Part shown: positions 38,842-48,700 of the stretch, in pieces
How positions within the stretch are numbered: the stretch's first letter is position 1
How the letters are laid out: the number at the start of each line of letters is the position of its first letter
From: an uncultured Bacteroidia bacterium
Lineage (GTDB): Bacteria; Bacteroidota; Bacteroidia; Bacteroidales; Prolixibacteraceae
Direction of reading: 5' to 3'
NCBI GenBank assembly: GCA_903850335.1
Contig: CAINLJ010000114.1
Location: 8,742-72,741, forward strand
DNA length: 64,000 bases
Notes under the pieces: model-generated
The model's input: the letters and a program-made list of their open reading frames with translations, nothing else
Told to the model about the DNA's origin: nothing
The model's database searches: none
Made by a program: the position numbers and the translations under genes

Positions 38842-39951
38842 CTATAACTTAATAAATACCTTACGCTTGTAAAGAAAATAACAAATCCACCATAATCCGG
38901 CCCATACCGTTAATGACAAAACAATATCATTTGTAAGCACGCCAGCAGGCAGGAAAACTGCATTAATAAAAGGTTTAACAATTGCCTCAATCCAGCTATT
39001 CCCATTCGTGTGTGCAAAAAGATAGATAAACAGTGGATTCATGCCAACTACTGCAAAAAACAGTGAGAATTTTGTGTATTTCCTGATATCAATTAACCAG
39101 TACGAAAAAGCCATTGCAATCATACACCAACCGCCACTAACAAAAACAAAAGAAGCTGTACAAATATGTTTTATAATGGGGATAAAAGGGCTAAGGGCGA
39201 AACCAACGAAGAGACCTACAATTCCGGCTAAAAGCATGATCTTGATTTTCATTTTTGGCTTCCAGTTGTTCATCAAAATCATTCCTGTTATAACGCCCCA
39301 TATCGTATGCGCTGCAGTTGGAATTGCATTAAATGCAACCCAGTGGCCTCCTCCAGGCATCCCGGTCAATGCAAGGTCAAACCAGGATCCGAAGTTTTGA
39401 TCAGGGGTAAAGGGCTGGTTAAATCCACTAACATTCCAGTATAAATAAATCAACTGTGAAATTAGTATTAGTAAAAAAGAGATTATCAACTGCCATTTGA
39501 CTGTTTTGCGCATCAATAAGAATGCAATAAAGTATGATACAGACAGTTGTGCAAGAACATTTGTGAACCTAAAAGTTATCTTTCCAGGTCCAATACAATA
39601 TAAAGCCCAACCTAATATAAGAAGCATCAGTGAACGGATTACAGCATGACGTAAAGTCACATTCCAGCTATCTCCTCGGTTCCACCTTTTAGTCATTGAG
39701 AAAGGCATCGAAACCCCGACAATAAACATGAAAAACGGCTGGATCAAGTCCCAAAAATGTAACCCAATCCATTCAACATGTTCAAGCTGGTGTCCTATTG
39801 CCGAAATAATCGTCCCGTTAAAAAAAGGATCAGTTAAAGTATTGAAGAAACCTGAGAACTCACCTATTAGCATGAACATAGTAAATCCCCTGAAAAAATC
39901 AATAGAGAGCATCCTGTGCTGTTCCTGTCCCGGGAGGTTTGTATTACTCAT
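38842..39951 (-). CDS. DUF5009/DUF1624 membrane acyltransferase-like protein (HGSNAT / NagX-like)
   Basis: 369 aa with ~11 TM segments. The N-terminal RMLSIDFFRGFTMFMLI motif is characteristic of the family. Confidence 0.6.
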   Translation of the reverse strand: MSNTNLPGQEQHRMLSIDFFRGFTMFMLIGEFSGFFNTLTDPFFNGTIISAIGHQLEHVEWIGLHFWDLIQPFFMFIVGVSMPFSMTKRWNRGDSWNVTLRHAVIRSLMLLILGWALYCIGPGKITFRFTNVLAQLSVSYFIAFLLMRKTVKWQLIISFLLILISQLIYLYWNVSGFNQPFTPDQNFGSWFDLALTGMPGGGHWVAFNAIPTAAHTIWGVITGMILMNNWKPKMKIKIMLLAGIVGLFVGFALSPFIPIIKHICTASFVFVSGGWCMIAMAFSYWLIDIRKYTKFSLFFAVVGMNPLFIYLFAHTNGNSWIEAIVKPFINAVFLPAGVLTNDIVLSLTVWAGLWWICYFLYKRKVFIKL

Positions 39952-40094
39952 TTTATTATCTGGGTACGTTAATAATGCTTTTGGTATTCAACCAAATTAA
40001 GCCACTCCTTCAGTATAGTTCCCTGAAAAAGTGGCTTAAAGATAACCCAAAATTTATTTCAAATTATCAATTAGCAGGTTACAAAAAATTACTA

Positions 40095-43000
40095 TTACTT
40101 TTTACTTAATTCCTTTAATCTGATATTTTTAAATTTAACTACTGAACCATGTCCAAGGAAACCAATATGACCTTTTTCACGGAAAAGTCCGGGGTGGTCC
40201 TTGTGGTCCATCGGACCATTCCTGGCAGCTTCTTTGATATCACCATCAAGAATGACAGTACCATTGAGCGTAACTTTAATCCTTGTACCCTTAGCAATAA
40301 CTTCCTCATAATTCCATTGTCCAACAGGCTTTAAAAATCCGCGTTTAGCAGGAATAATCCCATACACTGAACCATGATACTGATAAGGCTGAAGATTAGC
40401 ATATACAGGATCCTCATTATCCAAAACCTGAATTTCCATTCCCTGATAAGCTGCATCACCTTCTAATGGAGCACGTATTCCAAGACCGTTATTGGCAGCC
40501 GGAGTTAGCTGAAATTCCAAACGGATGGCAAAATCGCTATATTCACCGGCAGTAAAAATATTTCCATGTGATGGACCATTATCAAGATGCAAGACTATTT
40601 CACCATTTTCGACATGGTAGTCAACAAGATTTCCTGTCCACCCATCAAAGCTTGTACCATTAAAAAGAGCCTTGAATCCATCTTTGGACTCTTCTTCAGA
40701 AACTGTGTATGCATCATTATTTAACTCTTTAACATAAATATCCCGGAAAGCCAGGTCCGTTCCATGCGCCTGAAGTTCAATCCCCTCTTTTGCAAAGATA
40801 GGAAGTGAACGGTCCCAATAGTTTTCAAGGATAACATTATCAACAACAAGCTCACCGTTAAGGTAAACGGTGACCTTATCCCCGATCATCCTGATTCGGA
40901 AAGTATTCCAATCTCCAATAGGATTATCTCCAACTTTCAAAGGTTTAGAGGCATTTTTCTGATTATTGTACAAGCCACCGGAACCTACCTGGGCACCTAC
41001 TTCGACACGCGAAGTATCCCAGATTTGAACCTGTGGAGAACCGCGGAGATAAATACCACTGTCACCTTTTTTTGTAATTCGCCAGTCTACAACCATTTCA
41101 AAGTCACCATATTGTTTTACCGAACATAGGTTATCGCCTGAACCATTGAAGACAATACAGCCATCCTTAGCCGCCCAGTTAGTTCCCAGATTCAGATTAG
41201 CATCTGCTTGCTTTTTTGCTAATTCCTTAGGATCCATTTTCTTACGCGTGATCGGATTACCTACCAATGCCTGCCATCCACTGAGATCCTTTCCATTAAA
41301 CATAGGCACAAGCCCATCTTCATACGACATCTCATCCAGGTATTTATTAATTCTAGCCCTGTCGTATTCACTTTCGCTGCCTGAAAGACTATTTAAAGCC
41401 TTGTTCAACGCGTCACGAACCACAACACCTGAGAGTCCGGCTTTCCCCTGACCAGGCAGTGCTATAGACATTACAGATTGTGCAGCCTCTTCCTTTAATT
41501 CTGAATCACCCAGAAAGGAAGAGACAGTAACTAATGAAAGAAAAGTCTTAACCTGACCCATTGATTTTATAATCAATTCTTTATCTTTAGAATTTTTGGC
41601 GAACTCAATGATCTTACGGTATTGCAATAATTTCTGATCTTCGGGTAGTGAAGATGTTTTTATCTGTCGAACAAAACCATTTATCGCATTTGAGAGTTTA
41701 ATACCTGTCGATGACTTACAAATTTCGTACAATGCCGCGGATGCACTATGATCCTTCCAGTTGATAAGTGCCTTAAGAGCATCCTCTCTTTCCTGTTCAA
41801 CTGCAGATGAAATAAATCCTGTAACCGATTTAAGTGCCATTGAACCACCTAATCGAGGTAATATTTCTATAATTCTGCTTTTTACAGCAACCTTATCAAG
41901 CTGTCTGATTAAGGGTGCTGTCTTTTCATTCTCATTGGCTAAATCAGCCGAAGCATTTACCAAAGCCTCCTGAATATTACTAATCTTATCGCAATCTTCG
42001 GTGGCATAAAGAAGTTTTAACAGCCTGTCGGTTTGCTGCGGAGTAGCAGTATTTTTCATTGCCGAATAGGCTGCAGATTTTATTGTTGGATTTGAACTCT
42101 CAGTATATTTAAAAATCTGATCAAAATATCTTTTCCCTGATTTAGCCCCAATAAGTGAAATTATCTCGCTCTTTGACTTCTCAGGTGCACTTTCAAGAAT
42201 AGCGGCAACAGGATCCAAACCTTTTTCATCGATTAAAGACATTAAATTAGCAGTAACGCATGCAGGTTCTACACCTTTGTTCAAAAGAATTGTCAAATCA
42301 CTAATGGATTCTTTCCCTTTTAGTTTTGCATAGGCAGATATTGCAGCCTGACTGACTTCAGCTGAGGGACTTGCAAATTGTTTTTTAATGAAATCAAGAG
42401 AATACAAATCGCCCTTTTTACCTAACATAGTAATGATCTCAGCTTTTTGTTCATCCGGGGCCTTATTAGCTTTTACTGTCCAGGCCTTTGTCTGGGCCTG
42501 CTGACTCTTTCCGGCAAGATTCAAAACTGCAAATCTGAAAGCCTTATCGGTACTGTCAAATACCTTCAAGAGTAAGGACTGAGCCTCTTTTTCGAAATAT
42601 GCATTATAAATTGAAAGCGCAGTTGATTTGGTATGTAATTGGGCAGATGTTTTGCAAAGACTGATTATTTCGTTACAGGCTTTTGCACATAACGGAAGAT
42701 TTCCGGTTTCTCCTAGTCTTTGTGCATAAGACACAACCGCGGAAGTAGCATTTGAAGGTTCATAAACAAAACCAGCCTTAGTTGCTGCAGCAAAAAGGGG
42801 TTCAAATGATTCGGGGGCACCAATAGACGCAATTGCTGCGAGTGATACTTTTTTAAGATTAAGGTTTTCTGAAGAAATATTTTTTAAAATCTCAGGATTA
42901 GAAGCTGTAACATGTAACTCGCCAAGTGCCCTGGTAATTGTGACAAGAGAAGTACCTTCTGCCCCAATTAAGGCTTTTACCAATTCATTTTTAGCTGCAT

Positions 43001-43487
43001 CACTATTAACTGAAGTCAGCACAAAAACAGCCGGTTCACATAAATCATTATTTTTAAGGTACTGGCTTACAGAACCAACTGCCTTATCCTTACCTATTAA
43101 CTTAAGTTGACGCATGAAAAATGCCTTAACTTCAGGATCTGTAGCTGATTCCAACGCATGAATAAATTCAGTTTCAGCAAAAACCCTTTTATCTTCTTTG
43201 CCAGGCTGACTGACATATCTCGTAAGTCCGTTTAGTGCAAAGACTACAGCCGTATTATCACCTTTTCCCGAAGGAGTCATTTTACCGGCAATTTGTTGAA
43301 AACCATCGGTTCCCAGAGATATCAGTTCTTCAGCCAGTTTATCTCTTTGCTGCAGATTGTTTGAAGGCATCTGTGCCAGCATGTCTGCAATTTTAGTATT
43401 CAATGTCCTGTTATCCTGTGCCTCCAGACCTGAGACAATTGATAACAAGAAAAATATCACCAAAAGAAAATTAAATATCTTGTTCAT
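40095..43487 (-). CDS. secreted giant HEAT/ARM-repeat protein with two C-terminal DUF1080 (3-keto-disaccharide-hydrolase-like) domains
   Basis: 1130 aa with a signal peptide. About 700 aa are helical repeats. DUF1080 copy 1 reads LVPMFNGKDLSGWQ...YGDFEMVVDWRITKKGDSGIYLRG...QIWD. Copy 2 reads FKALFNGTSFDGWTG...YSDFAIRLEFQ...NNGLGIR...GHIGFLGHGSVVKFKNIRLKEL. Confidence 0.7.
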   Translation of the reverse strand: MNKIFNFLLVIFFLLSIVSGLEAQDNRTLNTKIADMLAQMPSNNLQQRDKLAEELISLGTDGFQQIAGKMTPSGKGDNTAVVFALNGLTRYVSQPGKEDKRVFAETEFIHALESATDPEVKAFFMRQLKLIGKDKAVGSVSQYLKNNDLCEPAVFVLTSVNSDAAKNELVKALIGAEGTSLVTITRALGELHVTASNPEILKNISSENLNLKKVSLAAIASIGAPESFEPLFAAATKAGFVYEPSNATSAVVSYAQRLGETGNLPLCAKACNEIISLCKTSAQLHTKSTALSIYNAYFEKEAQSLLLKVFDSTDKAFRFAVLNLAGKSQQAQTKAWTVKANKAPDEQKAEIITMLGKKGDLYSLDFIKKQFASPSAEVSQAAISAYAKLKGKESISDLTILLNKGVEPACVTANLMSLIDEKGLDPVAAILESAPEKSKSEIISLIGAKSGKRYFDQIFKYTESSNPTIKSAAYSAMKNTATPQQTDRLLKLLYATEDCDKISNIQEALVNASADLANENEKTAPLIRQLDKVAVKSRIIEILPRLGGSMALKSVTGFISSAVEQEREDALKALINWKDHSASAALYEICKSSTGIKLSNAINGFVRQIKTSSLPEDQKLLQYRKIIEFAKNSKDKELIIKSMGQVKTFLSLVTVSSFLGDSELKEEAAQSVMSIALPGQGKAGLSGVVVRDALNKALNSLSGSESEYDRARINKYLDEMSYEDGLVPMFNGKDLSGWQALVGNPITRKKMDPKELAKKQADANLNLGTNWAAKDGCIVFNGSGDNLCSVKQYGDFEMVVDWRITKKGDSGIYLRGSPQVQIWDTSRVEVGAQVGSGGLYNNQKNASKPLKVGDNPIGDWNTFRIRMIGDKVTVYLNGELVVDNVILENYWDRSLPIFAKEGIELQAHGTDLAFRDIYVKELNNDAYTVSEEESKDGFKALFNGTSFDGWTGNLVDYHVENGEIVLHLDNGPSHGNIFTAGEYSDFAIRLEFQLTPAANNGLGIRAPLEGDAAYQGMEIQVLDNEDPVYANLQPYQYHGSVYGIIPAKRGFLKPVGQWNYEEVIAKGTRIKVTLNGTVILDGDIKEAARNGPMDHKDHPGLFREKGHIGFLGHGSVVKFKNIRLKELSKK

Positions 43488-43552
43488 CAGATTATTATTT
43501 TAAATCGTAAACCATTTTGGTTTAAATATGATAAGGAGTGCTATCGTATAAT

Positions 43553-44824
43553 TTAAATTGTTGTCCATGGAGCCCTCATCGGCTGGTGAATTAACCTGTT
43601 GGCTGCTTCATCATTGATAAACTCCTGTTTTTCAGGATCAAAATTCAATGTCCTGCCTAATCTTACGGCCAGAATACCCATGTTCACCATTGTGCATGAA
43701 CGGAAACCATTCAATTCATTCAAAGCGAATTTTTGTCTTGTCCTTACAGAATCGCTGAATGTTGTAATCCGTGCTTCTGGATCAGGAAGTGTTTCAATAA
43801 ACTGTTTTAGTTTAGGGATATCCGATTCGAAGCCTTTAAATATTTTTCCATGTGGACCCTCAATATATGCGGCATCTTTATCCTTATTCTCACCATCAAG
43901 AATAATTTTACAACCATCAGCGTAGGTATATTCAATCCGGCGCCAGGATCCAACGGCATCTTCATGTTGCTGCGGGGCATCAACCTCAACCTTTACAGGA
44001 CTTGTGTTGTCTTTCCCAAGCAGATACTGAACGGGATCAAGGTAATGCTGGCCCATATCTCCCAGTCCGCCACCATCATAATCCCAGTATCCACGGAATT
44101 TAGAGTGAACACGTTCAACATTATATGGCCGGTAAGGCGCAGGACCTAACCAAAAATCATAGTCCAATTCTTCAGGTATCGGTTGGGGAGAAAGATTCGT
44201 CTCACCACGCCAGTAAAATTTCCAGTCAAAACCAGTATTACCGCTTACTGTCACCTTTAAAGGCCAACCAAGAATCCCACTTTCAATGACTTTTTTAAGC
44301 GGTTTGACTTCCGTTCCCAGACCGTAGAAGTTATCTTTAAACCTAAACCAGGTATTCAATCTGAACATACGTCCATGTTTATTCACCTCTTCCACTACCC
44401 GCTGACCTTCGCCTATTGTACGAGTCATAGGTTTTTCACACCAGATATCTTTCCCTGCACGCGCAGCTTCGATAGCCATCAACCCATGCCAGTGAGGTGG
44501 TGTAGCAATGTGCACAATGTCGATTTCAGGGCGTAGCAGAAGTTCACGATAGTCATGAAATGTCTGTACACTGTTTGGAATCATAGACTGTGCCAATTGA
44601 AGATGCTTTTTGTCAACATCACAAATAGCGACAACTTTCGTCCCTTCGTACGATATATGTCCGCGGCCCATGCCACCGGTACCTATGATTGCTTTTGTAA
44701 GCTGATCACTGGGTGCAACATAACCGGTACCGCCTAATACATGACGGGGAACGATCATCATTCCTGCCACAGTTACTGCCGATGCCTTAAGAAAACCTCT
44801 GCGATTTGGTGAGTGCTTATCCAT
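43553..44824 (-). CDS. TAT-exported Gfo/Idh/MocA family oxidoreductase
   Basis: 423 aa with the twin-arginine signal NRRGFLKASAVTVAGMM. The Rossmann region is AIIGTGGMGRGH and the EKP motif is CEKPM. Confidence 0.8.
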   Translation of the reverse strand: MDKHSPNRRGFLKASAVTVAGMMIVPRHVLGGTGYVAPSDQLTKAIIGTGGMGRGHISYEGTKVVAICDVDKKHLQLAQSMIPNSVQTFHDYRELLLRPEIDIVHIATPPHWHGLMAIEAARAGKDIWCEKPMTRTIGEGQRVVEEVNKHGRMFRLNTWFRFKDNFYGLGTEVKPLKKVIESGILGWPLKVTVSGNTGFDWKFYWRGETNLSPQPIPEELDYDFWLGPAPYRPYNVERVHSKFRGYWDYDGGGLGDMGQHYLDPVQYLLGKDNTSPVKVEVDAPQQHEDAVGSWRRIEYTYADGCKIILDGENKDKDAAYIEGPHGKIFKGFESDIPKLKQFIETLPDPEARITTFSDSVRTRQKFALNELNGFRSCTMVNMGILAVRLGRTLNFDPEKQEFINDEAANRLIHQPMRAPWTTI

Positions 44825-44924
44825 ATAATTTGATTATTTTGTGTGGAAATTCGAATTCAGCGAAGCAAAAATAAGATTTACTTGGATACCGCCAAGTACT
44901 TTTAAGAAGTATTTAAGTTTCTAT

Positions 44925-45944
44925 TTAACGTATCTCCTCTGAACCGTCCTTATATCGCGCAAACCGGCCTCTTTCACGAGGGTGAACCTGATCACGATGA
45001 GGCCAGGGCCATCCACCAAACTCTGTTAAACGGTAATCAGACATTGCCTGCTGAATTTCAGACTGAGAATTCATTACAAAGGGGCCATATTGAACAACAG
45101 GCTCTTCAATTGGTCTTCCTTGAAGTAACAGGATCTGACTTTCTGTATTGCCATTTATTATCTGTGTTCTTTGATTTCCCCTTAGCTCAACAGCCTTATT
45201 GGCTTCCAGCTTTGTGCCATTAATACTTAGTGAATCTCCTAAATGAAAATATATTGTTCTGTTTATTCCCTCCCCGGCAAGTGGTACTTCCCAATGACTT
45301 TCGGGATCCATCCTGATTGTCCAGACTGCAACTTCATTTTCGGGATCCGAAGCCCATGAATCAGGCGTTACAGAGACAGAATTAATCCCGTCAATTGCCC
45401 CTGCAATTACATTAATCTCAATACTCTTCCCATTCTCATCGGCAATTTTATGAACAGGAATTTCCTCAGACCAAAGCATCTTGAAATAAGGATCGGCAAA
45501 CTTATTCTTTCTGGAAAGATTGAGCCAAATCTGAAAAAGCTCTGTCGGATTTCCTGAATGCTGATTCAAAAGAGGAAACATTTCGCAATGCTGCAAGCCG
45601 GATCCGGCAGTCATCCATTGGACATCACCCATGCCATACCTGCCGGCTTGCCCATGCGAGTCGGAATGATCAACAAATCCATTCCTGACAATCGTAATTG
45701 TTTCAAAACCCCTGTGCGGATGAACAGGGAATCCTGGAATACGGTTTCCATGATACATCCTCCATCCGTCCTTCATGGTAAAATCCTGACCAATATCTCT
45801 CCCGGCAAGTGAGGCTGCAGGACCCATTTGCTCATTCCCCTGCGGATAATCGTCCAGATGATGAGCACAAAAAAGAAACGGATTTACTGCCGGCCACATG
45901 AAACCAAGTGGCTTTACACGTATAATAACATCATTTTCAATCAT
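44925..45944 (-). CDS. pirin family protein
   Basis: 339 aa with the bicupin metal-site motif GFPVHPHRGFETITIV...DVQWMTAGSGLQHCE. Confidence 0.85.
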   Translation of the reverse strand: MIENDVIIRVKPLGFMWPAVNPFLFCAHHLDDYPQGNEQMGPAASLAGRDIGQDFTMKDGWRMYHGNRIPGFPVHPHRGFETITIVRNGFVDHSDSHGQAGRYGMGDVQWMTAGSGLQHCEMFPLLNQHSGNPTELFQIWLNLSRKNKFADPYFKMLWSEEIPVHKIADENGKSIEINVIAGAIDGINSVSVTPDSWASDPENEVAVWTIRMDPESHWEVPLAGEGINRTIYFHLGDSLSINGTKLEANKAVELRGNQRTQIINGNTESQILLLQGRPIEEPVVQYGPFVMNSQSEIQQAMSDYRLTEFGGWPWPHRDQVHPRERGRFARYKDGSEEIR

Positions 45945-45960
45945 ATAATTTAAATTAATA

Positions 45961-46923
45961 TTAATTTATATTTCTCTTTTCTGAACAATATATTTTGAAT
46001 TTAGTATAAAAAGGTTCCTGAAATTGCCCCCACAACCATGCAACTAACGAGGTATGGGTATTCCTGCATGAATTCATAATGGTCTCGTAGCCTTGTGAGC
46101 CATTGTCTGCAAATTCTCCTATTAAAACCGGTGCGATATTCCTGTTATTAAGATCATTTAATATTTTCTCTATCGCAGAACCCTGAATATTCCAATAGGT
46201 ATCATAGGCATGAATATCAAACACAATATTTTTTCGTCCTTTCAATAATTCCGAACCTTTTTCAAGAAATGGTTCATGCCCCTGCCCCATTGCATTACCA
46301 CAAACAACAACAATATTATTTGCACCTGTCTCACGTAAACTATCAATCATCGATGAGGTATCGAATAACCATTGTGAGCTCGGTGCGGTCTTTGTCTTAT
46401 CCCAGTGATAAGGTTCATTCCATATTCCAAACCAAACATCACTTTGGTTGGCGAAAAGTTTTGCAATCTGCTTCCATCTAGTAATAATAGCCTGATATCT
46501 AGTATCCTGCGAAGGAATTACACCAAGCAGCTGACACCCGGGATAAGGGGTCGAACCACCCGGAAAAGCATCAGAATCATACCAGAAGGCAGTCAGGATT
46601 ACTACAAATCCCTTTTTTCTAGCCAGAGACACAATAGATTGAAGGTCATAGTCCGTTGAACATTTCATGTCGATACATTCCCTCGCTATATCCATTCCCC
46701 ACGATGAAATTTCATCATAATTCAAGTCCCAATGACTCATTTTATTAGTCCCCCTGAACTCCCAGGACTTATTATTTCTCATGAGTTTAGAGCCATTGGT
46801 AGAAAATACCTGACTCTTTATAACCGGAAAAGATTCCGGAGGAAAAGGATTTACACAACCTTCAATTACCTGACAGGCAATTAAAAATGAGAGGCAAGAC
46901 AATACAAGGCTAAAATAACTCAC
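45961..46923 (-). CDS. glycoside hydrolase family 5 (cellulase-family) lipoprotein
   Basis: 320 aa with lipobox FLIAC. The acid/base context is FGIWNEPY and the nucleophile context is LIGEFA. Confidence 0.75.
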   Translation of the reverse strand: MSYFSLVLSCLSFLIACQVIEGCVNPFPPESFPVIKSQVFSTNGSKLMRNNKSWEFRGTNKMSHWDLNYDEISSWGMDIARECIDMKCSTDYDLQSIVSLARKKGFVVILTAFWYDSDAFPGGSTPYPGCQLLGVIPSQDTRYQAIITRWKQIAKLFANQSDVWFGIWNEPYHWDKTKTAPSSQWLFDTSSMIDSLRETGANNIVVVCGNAMGQGHEPFLEKGSELLKGRKNIVFDIHAYDTYWNIQGSAIEKILNDLNNRNIAPVLIGEFADNGSQGYETIMNSCRNTHTSLVAWLWGQFQEPFYTKFKIYCSEKRNIN

Positions 46924-46930
46924 CGAATAA

Positions 46931-47266
46931 TTATTCTTTATTTATTTTTGAATTTACAAATTCGTAGTCGCGCTCAACTTTTGCTATACGTACCTTAAAG
47001 GATTGATACCATTGAGTCCGTCCTTTCCCCCGGGCAATTGTATGCTCTGAATTTTCTTTCCACCGCCTTATCGATTCAATATCCCTCCAGTAGGATACGG
47101 TGATCCCAAGTTCCTCTCTGGCTGATTCAAAACCCAGAAATCCTTCTTGTCCTGAAGCAAGCTCAATCATCCTGGCAGAAACTTCGGTATATCCCAGGTC
47201 ATGATCAGTTCTGACAGAGGTAAAAATTACCGCATAATAAGGTGGATCAGGCGTCTTTGCTATCAT
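46931..47266 (-). CDS. antibiotic biosynthesis monooxygenase (ABM) family protein
   Basis: 111 aa. PYYAVIFTS...GFLGFES...ITVSYWRDIESIRRWKENSEH is a typical ABM pattern. Confidence 0.7.
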   Translation of the reverse strand: MIAKTPDPPYYAVIFTSVRTDHDLGYTEVSARMIELASGQEGFLGFESAREELGITVSYWRDIESIRRWKENSEHTIARGKGRTQWYQSFKVRIAKVERDYEFVNSKINKE

Positions 47267-47329
47267 ATAAATCCTGTTAAACGAATGCTTTTACCCATTT
47301 AATGCCTGTTTTAACGTCTCAATATCGAA

Positions 47330-47740
47330 TTAATTCATGATCGGACAAATGATACTGACCCGATTTCCTTCAGTGTCATAAAATGAGACATATAAGCCGA
47401 AACCTGGAATCTCCATTGGTTCTCCGAGAACTGTCCCTCCCGATCCGGTTATTTTATTCATCGCTTCATAAATATCCTCCACGGCTATCACAATCGAAGG
47501 ATACTGAGCAGGCCAGTCCTCTTTTCGGGGAAAAAACCCACCATTGATCGTCCCGGGCATTTTGGGCCTCCCATTTTCATCATTCTCCCCTGTACTTGCA
47601 ATCACATAATTCCCCATATCCTCTCCCAGCAACTGGGTTTGCCATCCAAAAACATTTGCATAGAAATCAGCCATACGCGTGCGGTCATCAGCGGGCATTT
47701 CAAAGTGAACTACCGGATTCATCTTTTTCATTGTTTTCAC
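47330..47740 (-). CDS. VOC (glyoxalase/bleomycin-resistance) family protein
   Basis: 136 aa. VVHFEMPADD...FYANVFGW...GGTVLGEPMEIPGFG...FYDTEGNRV is typical of the VOC family. Confidence 0.65.
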   Translation of the reverse strand: MKTMKKMNPVVHFEMPADDRTRMADFYANVFGWQTQLLGEDMGNYVIASTGENDENGRPKMPGTINGGFFPRKEDWPAQYPSIVIAVEDIYEAMNKITGSGGTVLGEPMEIPGFGLYVSFYDTEGNRVSIICPIMN

Positions 47741-47838
47741 TATTATTTTAAATTGTTAATCCTGATTTTGAACAGTGAACCGAAAGGTCGTGTAAAAACA
47801 TTCCGTACAGGAAAATAACCGGATGGCTTGTTAAAAGT

Positions 47839-48198
47839 TCATGACTTTGCCTTTTCAGTATCTTCCAAAACCCTGAAATGAACGATTCTAGTTATCAAAT
47901 CAAAGGGTATTTCCTTATCAAGTGGAAATTGGATTGTCCCTTTGGACACTTTGAAGCCGGAAAGTTCATCATTAAATGCAACTATAGGTGAAGAGGTCGG
48001 ATAAAAGCCAATATGCTTTTGGTAGGCAGCAAAATATACTAATACCCTTTTCAATCTGAATGCAGGCATACTATAACTGATAACCTCTCTCGCCATAGGT
48101 GCTGCATCCTGAATCGTTTTACGGATTTGTTCCAGCATCATTTGCACTTCATCCGGAAACTGTAATATATACTCATCAATATTTTTGTAAGTTCTCAT
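47839..48198 (-). CDS. DUF1801 (YdhG-like) domain protein
   Basis: 119 aa. IDEYILQFPDEVQ...SYSMPAFRLKR...FAAYQKHIGFYP...KGTIQFPLDK follows the DUF1801 pattern. Confidence 0.6.
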   Translation of the reverse strand: MRTYKNIDEYILQFPDEVQMMLEQIRKTIQDAAPMAREVISYSMPAFRLKRVLVYFAAYQKHIGFYPTSSPIVAFNDELSGFKVSKGTIQFPLDKEIPFDLITRIVHFRVLEDTEKAKS

Positions 48199-48199
48199 C

Positions 48200-48700
48200 T
48201 CAGTAATTTAATGGCTTAATTTTTCGTTGATTTTCACTGCAAGAAATAAGCACTTTAAGACGTTTCATCCTTGTAACCTCTTGTTTAGCACTTATAACCC
48301 ATTTAATTGCCGGTTTACGATACGAAGGTGATAAAGAGTTAAAGAATCGCCAGGCAATTTCATTTGTTCTGAATTGATTTTCAAATTCTTCAGAAAACTC
48401 ATAATGGTTATTTTCATATAGATCCTTGTTATAATCTCCGCCATTAGAAAGCAGATGGGTATGAACATCCATCATACCTGGCAACACAGTACAACCTTTT
48501 AGATCTTTTGTGGTGGAAGAGTCAGGCACTTCATTCTTGAAGTTTACATTGATAATGCGGTCTTTGTAGACAATAATCGTTGGATTAGCCATTGACTGGT
48601 CGGCCTTAGTGTCGATCAATCTATCGGCAAGAATAGCATAAGTCTGTCTACCCGAAAAATCAAAGAACAGGAAAAAAGCAATAGTTAGAAGAAGCTTCAT
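48200..48700 (-). CDS. chimeric ORF: amidohydrolase N-terminal fragment fused to a YdeI/OmdA-type C-terminal domain
   Basis: aa 1-~95 carry a signal peptide plus the first amidohydrolase strand-loop with the metal motif (LPGMMDVHTHLL). aa ~100-166 read AWRFFNSLSPSYRKPAIKWVISAKQEVTRMKRLKVLI, typical of the YdeI/OmpD-associated domain. The ~300 aa amidohydrolase barrel is absent. Confidence 0.5.
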   Translation of the reverse strand: MKLLLTIAFFLFFDFSGRQTYAILADRLIDTKADQSMANPTIIVYKDRIINVNFKNEVPDSSTTKDLKGCTVLPGMMDVHTHLLSNGGDYNKDLYENNHYEFSEEFENQFRTNEIAWRFFNSLSPSYRKPAIKWVISAKQEVTRMKRLKVLISCSENQRKIKPLNY

